NCBI RefSeq assembly: GCF_000195855.1
Contig: NC_002677.1
Span: 1,560,001 to 1,592,000 of the forward strand
DNA: 32,000 bases
Direction of reading: 5' to 3'
From: Mycobacterium leprae TN
GTDB taxonomy: Bacteria > Actinomycetota > Actinomycetes > Mycobacteriales > Mycobacteriaceae
Shown: positions 28,150 through 32,000 of the stretch, in pieces
Position numbering within the stretch: the first letter of the stretch is position 1
Layout of the letters: each line of letters starts with the position of its first letter
Translations under genes and position numbers: made by a program
The notes under the pieces: model-generated
Told to the model about the DNA's origin: nothing
Databases searched by the model: none
The model's input: only the letters and a program-made list of their open reading frames with translations

Positions 28150-29103
28150 CGTCACGTGGGCAGCGTGTCGAGCGTCTTCGGCAGCCGTCAGATGGGCGAT
28201 CCGATGCTCAGTTGAGTCGCTAGCTCGGCGGTGCGTTCCGGGTCCGCAGCCACACCAACGGGGTAGCACATCTGTGGGTGTGGAAAGCGTGATGAGCGCG
28301 TCGGTAGCTACCCGCATCACCGATTCTGCGGCCTGGATGTATCATGCCGCCGTCAGCATTTCGTTCACAGTACCTTTAGCCATCTCTTATCCGGGATCAT
28401 GGGCGGCGGCCAGGACCTGATCTAGCGAATCGTGCCGAACCAGCAGGGTAGCGGTCGTCTTTTCGTCGATGCCGGAAACACCTGGCAAGCCATCGGACGG
28501 ATCGCCATGCAGGAGTGCGAGTTCGGTGTACGCGATCCCGGCGCGATCCGCCGGCATGGAAAATACGTTCGGCTACCTCGGCGGGCGCGTACAAGGTGAC
28601 TTGGGACAGTTTGTGGCAGAGGTATAGCACCCGGACGGAGACGAGGGGGTAAGCTACCAACTGCAGGAAGTCCCGGTCGCTGCTGACTACTAAAGCTGGA
28701 TCTCTCCGTTCCCGAGCTGCCAGTGTGTCCAGCACCTCATCTTGATGCGCCCGCCGTTGGGATCCCTAACGCGTTCAGCAGCTGCATTATCGTGTTCACC
28801 TGCGATGTTAGGTCGTCGGGCAATTCTTCGATGTCGGCCTGGCCGCTGATTTCTTCTGCTACGCGGTGGGCCTTATACGATGGGATGAGATCGCCACGGA
28901 ATTGCGGTAGCCAATCTAGGTTGATGCATACCATCGGCCGGTTCGGTTGCTGCTGGGTGATCGCTACCGCCATCAAATCGATGACTCCGCTCACGGCGTT
29001 GACCGGCAGGCCGTCGGGAGCGGTGATAGATGACGGTGGTACCCCGAAGTATGGAGTGGAACCACATGCTGGTGCCGTCAAGCAGGAGCAAGAGTGCGGG
29101 CAT
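28150..29103 (-). pseudogene. 5'-3' exonuclease (Pol I N-terminal/FEN-like, Rv2090-like) pseudogene
   Basis: [17 protein letters not shown] is in one frame, and [26 protein letters not shown]...[22 protein letters not shown] in another. After a stop at about 28736 the sequence continues ...[25 protein letters not shown], with further shifted C-terminal fragments (ITLSTPTDVLP). It is convergent with the upstream CDS. Confidence 0.75.
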
Positions 29104-29155
29104 GCCGGCCTATCCTGCCAGCGCCGCCGACGGCGCGGTTGGCCTGTGACTGCCA

Positions 29156-30295
29156 TGGATTCCACAGATTAGAAACCGAAGTGTATGCCAGGCGGCTGGC
29201 CGTGGCCGCGACTGCCGAGAACGGGCTGACCGGCCTGGTCGTCAACCTGGACTACGAACTGTGCTATCTGCGTCGGTTCGCAGGCGCAGACGTTCGAGTG
29301 GTTCACCGCGTTGGTACTGCCTGCCGCCGACGAGTCGACGATTGTGGTGCCGAGGCTGAGAGCGTTCCTTGCTCAAAACGTCAGCTGTGATGGACCTTGT
29401 TCTGGCGGTGCGGTATTGGGTCGATGGCGAGGACCCGCATCAGTTAGTGAGCGACGTTTTGTGTGGCGCTCCTGCGGCGACCGGCCGTTACCGATTCCAT
29501 GCCGGCGCTGCACCTGTTACACACTGACCAGTGTGCTTGACGTGCTACCGGGTAACTGGCTACTGACATTCTGCGTGGGTTACGGATGGTCAAGGAGGCG
29601 GCCGAGATCGGTGTACTGCACAAAGCGGGTGGTGCCCTCGATCGGGTCCATGCCCGAGTTCCGGAGTTTTTGGTTCTGAGGCTGAATTGTGGACAAGGTA
29701 GTCGCTAACATCGCTGAAGCGATTGTAGCCGAGTGACATACGGAGGTTGCGTTCGTACTCGGCGACTCCGGCCCGTATCACGAATACTCGGATCGTAAAC
29801 TGCAGGTCGGAGACATCGTCGTAGTCGACATCAGGGGCACCTAGGTGCTTCTATATTATTACGGCTTGACTCGTATACGTACCGCGTTGGCGATACCAAC
29901 AGCGAAGTGGTGTAAACAGTATTAGTATTCGGTCCTGCAACGGGACCAACGTGCGGTTTTTAAGGCGGTCAGTCCAGGTGCGACAGCGGCATAGGTCGAT
30001 GCGGTCGCACGCAAAGTGTTGCCCGTTGCTGGACTTGCGGGATATTTCGTACACTCGTACCGGGCACGGTGTCGGCCTGTCGATCTATGAAGCACCCTCA
30101 TATCGTTAGCGGCAACGATTTGCCGATGGTTGCCGGCATGGCCTTTTTGTTGAGCCGGGGATCTATTTGTCTGGGCGTTGGGATGCGCGAATCGAAGACA
30201 TCGTTGTCGTGATCGAGAATGGCGCGTTCTCGATTAACAACCGGTCGCATGAGCTGATCGTTGTGCCAGTCGTCAACGGTGTACTGGCTCGTTAA
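29156..30295 (+). pseudogene. pepE: M24-family Xaa-Pro dipeptidase PepE pseudogene
   Basis: The fragments are ETEVYARRLAVAATAENGLTGLVVNLDYELCYL, then shifted pieces (..VRPGATAA*VDAVARKVL..AGYFVHS), and a C-terminal PHIVSGNDLPMVAGMAF...RIEDIVVVIENGAFSINNRSHELIVVPV with a stop at 30293-30295. There are many frameshifts and stops, and the start codon is out of frame. Confidence 0.75.
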
Positions 30296-30399
30296 TGGTC
30301 TTGCAGGACTCGAACCAGGTGCAATGGTAATTGGCAGCGGTCTTGTTGCCGGCTCCTGGAGTGTGCCGACAGCCATCGCCGTTGGCCGTCAATGCGGCG

Positions 30400-31560
30400 A
30401 TCAAAAACTGAACACGTGGCCGGTTAAGAGTTTACACAACCGAATAACCGTGCCAAGCCCGCGCTGTCCGCAACCGATTGCTTGATCGTTGGACCCGCAG
30501 CGGGGAAAAGTTGCAACACACGATAAATGCTCGTACACGAAATCTCGATCGTTGATGCCCAGGCTGCTGTTGGGACGCCGGATTAACCGAATCGATGTGG
30601 CCGATCCACTGCCCACAACCATCATCTCCTTCCTCCAGCGTCACTACAACGGTTTGTGAAGTGTTGCTCAGCTCGGCGAATCGCCGTTTGGTCACTACAC
30701 AACAGCACAAAACCGTTGTCTATCGCAGTCGCGGATACTCGTATGGCCAGGGCTGATCCATCTAATGTGTAGTGAGTGGTGTGCAGAAGACCGCCGTCAT
30801 CGACCAATGGCACCCGGTTCAATCGGCGTGCCAACGATTTCGCTGACTGGCCGCCCCAGTGCATTTGCCGCAAGATGTCGAGTGCATTTGCCGCAAGATG
30901 TCGTTAGTGGTCCCGGCGATGGGATTCCAGCTCGTTACGAGGAAGCTGAACGTGCTGACTATAACATATAACAGCGCAGCTCACATGAGCGACCAAGGAG
31001 TCCTGGTAGCGCAGCGTTTTTTAACCGCTTGGGCACTAAATCGCGTGAATTCTTTTATTGGCTAATGCTACCCATACGGTGAGCACGGAGTCCGATTGCA
31101 CATAAGTCAGGGTGCCGTCCAAGCGGAGCAGGGCGGCCTTAGCCAGGTCGATCGTGTCTTAAATGTGGCGAAGCGATGCGTTCGAACATCGCAGTAACTG
31201 AATCAGGGTGCACAAATCCCTTGATCGGGTGGCAAAGAAACGGCTCGCCCGACATTCTGCCAAACCACCTGACTTTAGTAGGGTTCACATATACAAGCCG
31301 GCCACTTTCGTGTACGCAAATCAATCATGTGGCGGCAGTGGTCGATCAGCCGCTGGTAATGCTGCTAGACAAGCTACTCGTCACCGCGATTATTTTCGCT
31401 TCACAAACCCGACATGCGCGTGTGAATTACCGCACTGACATGTTTGCGCGCCACGTCAAAACCTTCATCATCTTCTTCAAGTCGATGCTGTCACATATTG
31501 GCAGTAGAGTCGGTGCTGATAAGACTCAATGAGCGGTCGTAAGAAGAAATGCTGCTTAGA
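30400..31560 (-). pseudogene. PAS-GGDEF(-EAL) c-di-GMP signalling protein pseudogene, 3'-truncated
   Basis: The minus strand is PAS-like: YQRLIDHCRHMICVHESGRLVYVNPTKVRWFGRMSGEPFLCHPIKGFVHPDS ... LLRLDGTLTYVQSDSVLTVW. The GGDEF region is degraded: ..RQMHWGGQSAKSL (cf. RxGGDEFxxL), ...AIRVSATAID (cf. vsaSiGia), and LLCSDQTAIRRAEQHFTNR (cf. LLrxADxAMYrAKxxGRNR). Only a short stretch follows where an EAL domain would start. The assignment is by eye only. Confidence 0.45.
30858..30903. repeat. Perfect 23-bp tandem duplication (2 copies)
   Basis: AGTGCATTTGCCGCAAGATGTCG occurs at 30858-30880 and is repeated exactly at 30881-30903. It lies within the degraded GGDEF region of the minus-strand pseudogene, and 23 bp is not a multiple of 3. 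Confidence 0.95.
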
Positions 31561-32000
31561 GCCGCTGTTGTTGGGTCATTCGCCAGCAAACCATTCATTC
31601 CTGGCAGGGTCTTACACGCTTCACCGTAGTGTGCCCGTGCACGAGGATCTCACACGTCCATCGCACTGCTACAGGGACCTGCCCTACAACCGCTTATAGG
31701 GCGTCCCCTGAATAGAACACAAATCAAAGACGACATGTGATAGGAACCCTCTTGACTCAGAGGCTCGTTGATCTGGGCGTCAGAAAAAATTTTCGGGAGC
31801 TCAAGAAAGGCCCTTATGGCGATAGTAGGCAGTTTGCACATGCATAGGCAGCAGATTACCTTAGATTACATCGACGACGATGGTTTGGTATACGAGGGTA
31901 AGGTCTATCTGGCGACCCGCAAGATGTTGTGGAGTTGGCTAGTTGAGCATTCATTGCCCGGATGAGAATGCGGGTTGCGCGCTAGAGGGCTGTACCGGTT

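Noticed and set aside
31768-31965. A 65-aa plus-strand ORF and a 63-aa minus-strand ORF at the window end
   Set aside because: They are short and overlap each other, with no motifs, no Shine-Dalgarno sequence, and lower-GC surroundings. They are most likely remnants, and there is not enough evidence to call them.

Overview
This is almost certainly Mycobacterium leprae chromosome. It carries an RLEP dispersed repeat that matches the diagnostic primer and probe sites as I remember them, and well-preserved genes alternate with frameshifted gene remnants. The window is collinear, in inverted orientation, with the M. tuberculosis Rv2124c to Rv2088 interval (orthologue names and lengths are from memory). 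Intact genes are the metH 3' end, hisE, hisG, a Cas4/RecB-like Fe-S nuclease, trmI, a DUF503 protein and lppK. They are followed by the complete Pup-proteasome/PafBC set (mpa; dop-pup-prcB-prcA; pafA-pafB-pafC), tatA-tatC, helY, and a proline-rich DUF4333 membrane protein with an in-frame 18-bp x 8 minisatellite. Between these lie about ten pseudogenes or remnants: PPE, a small membrane protein, a flavoprotein disulfide reductase, an FAD-oxidoreductase N-terminus, vapBC, a DUF222/HNH endonuclease, a 5'-3' exonuclease, pepE, and a PAS-GGDEF protein. I do not see a convincing new multi-gene system. The dominant coherent system is the already-described Pup-proteasome pathway. The least explained DNA is the 3.8-kb mpa-dop spacer (10.1-13.9 kb). 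It holds unidentified decayed coding sequence, a perfect 40-bp palindrome, and a low-GC block with an intact 159-aa orphan ORF into which RLEP appears to have inserted. All homology statements come from reading the translations by eye, and no database search was possible.
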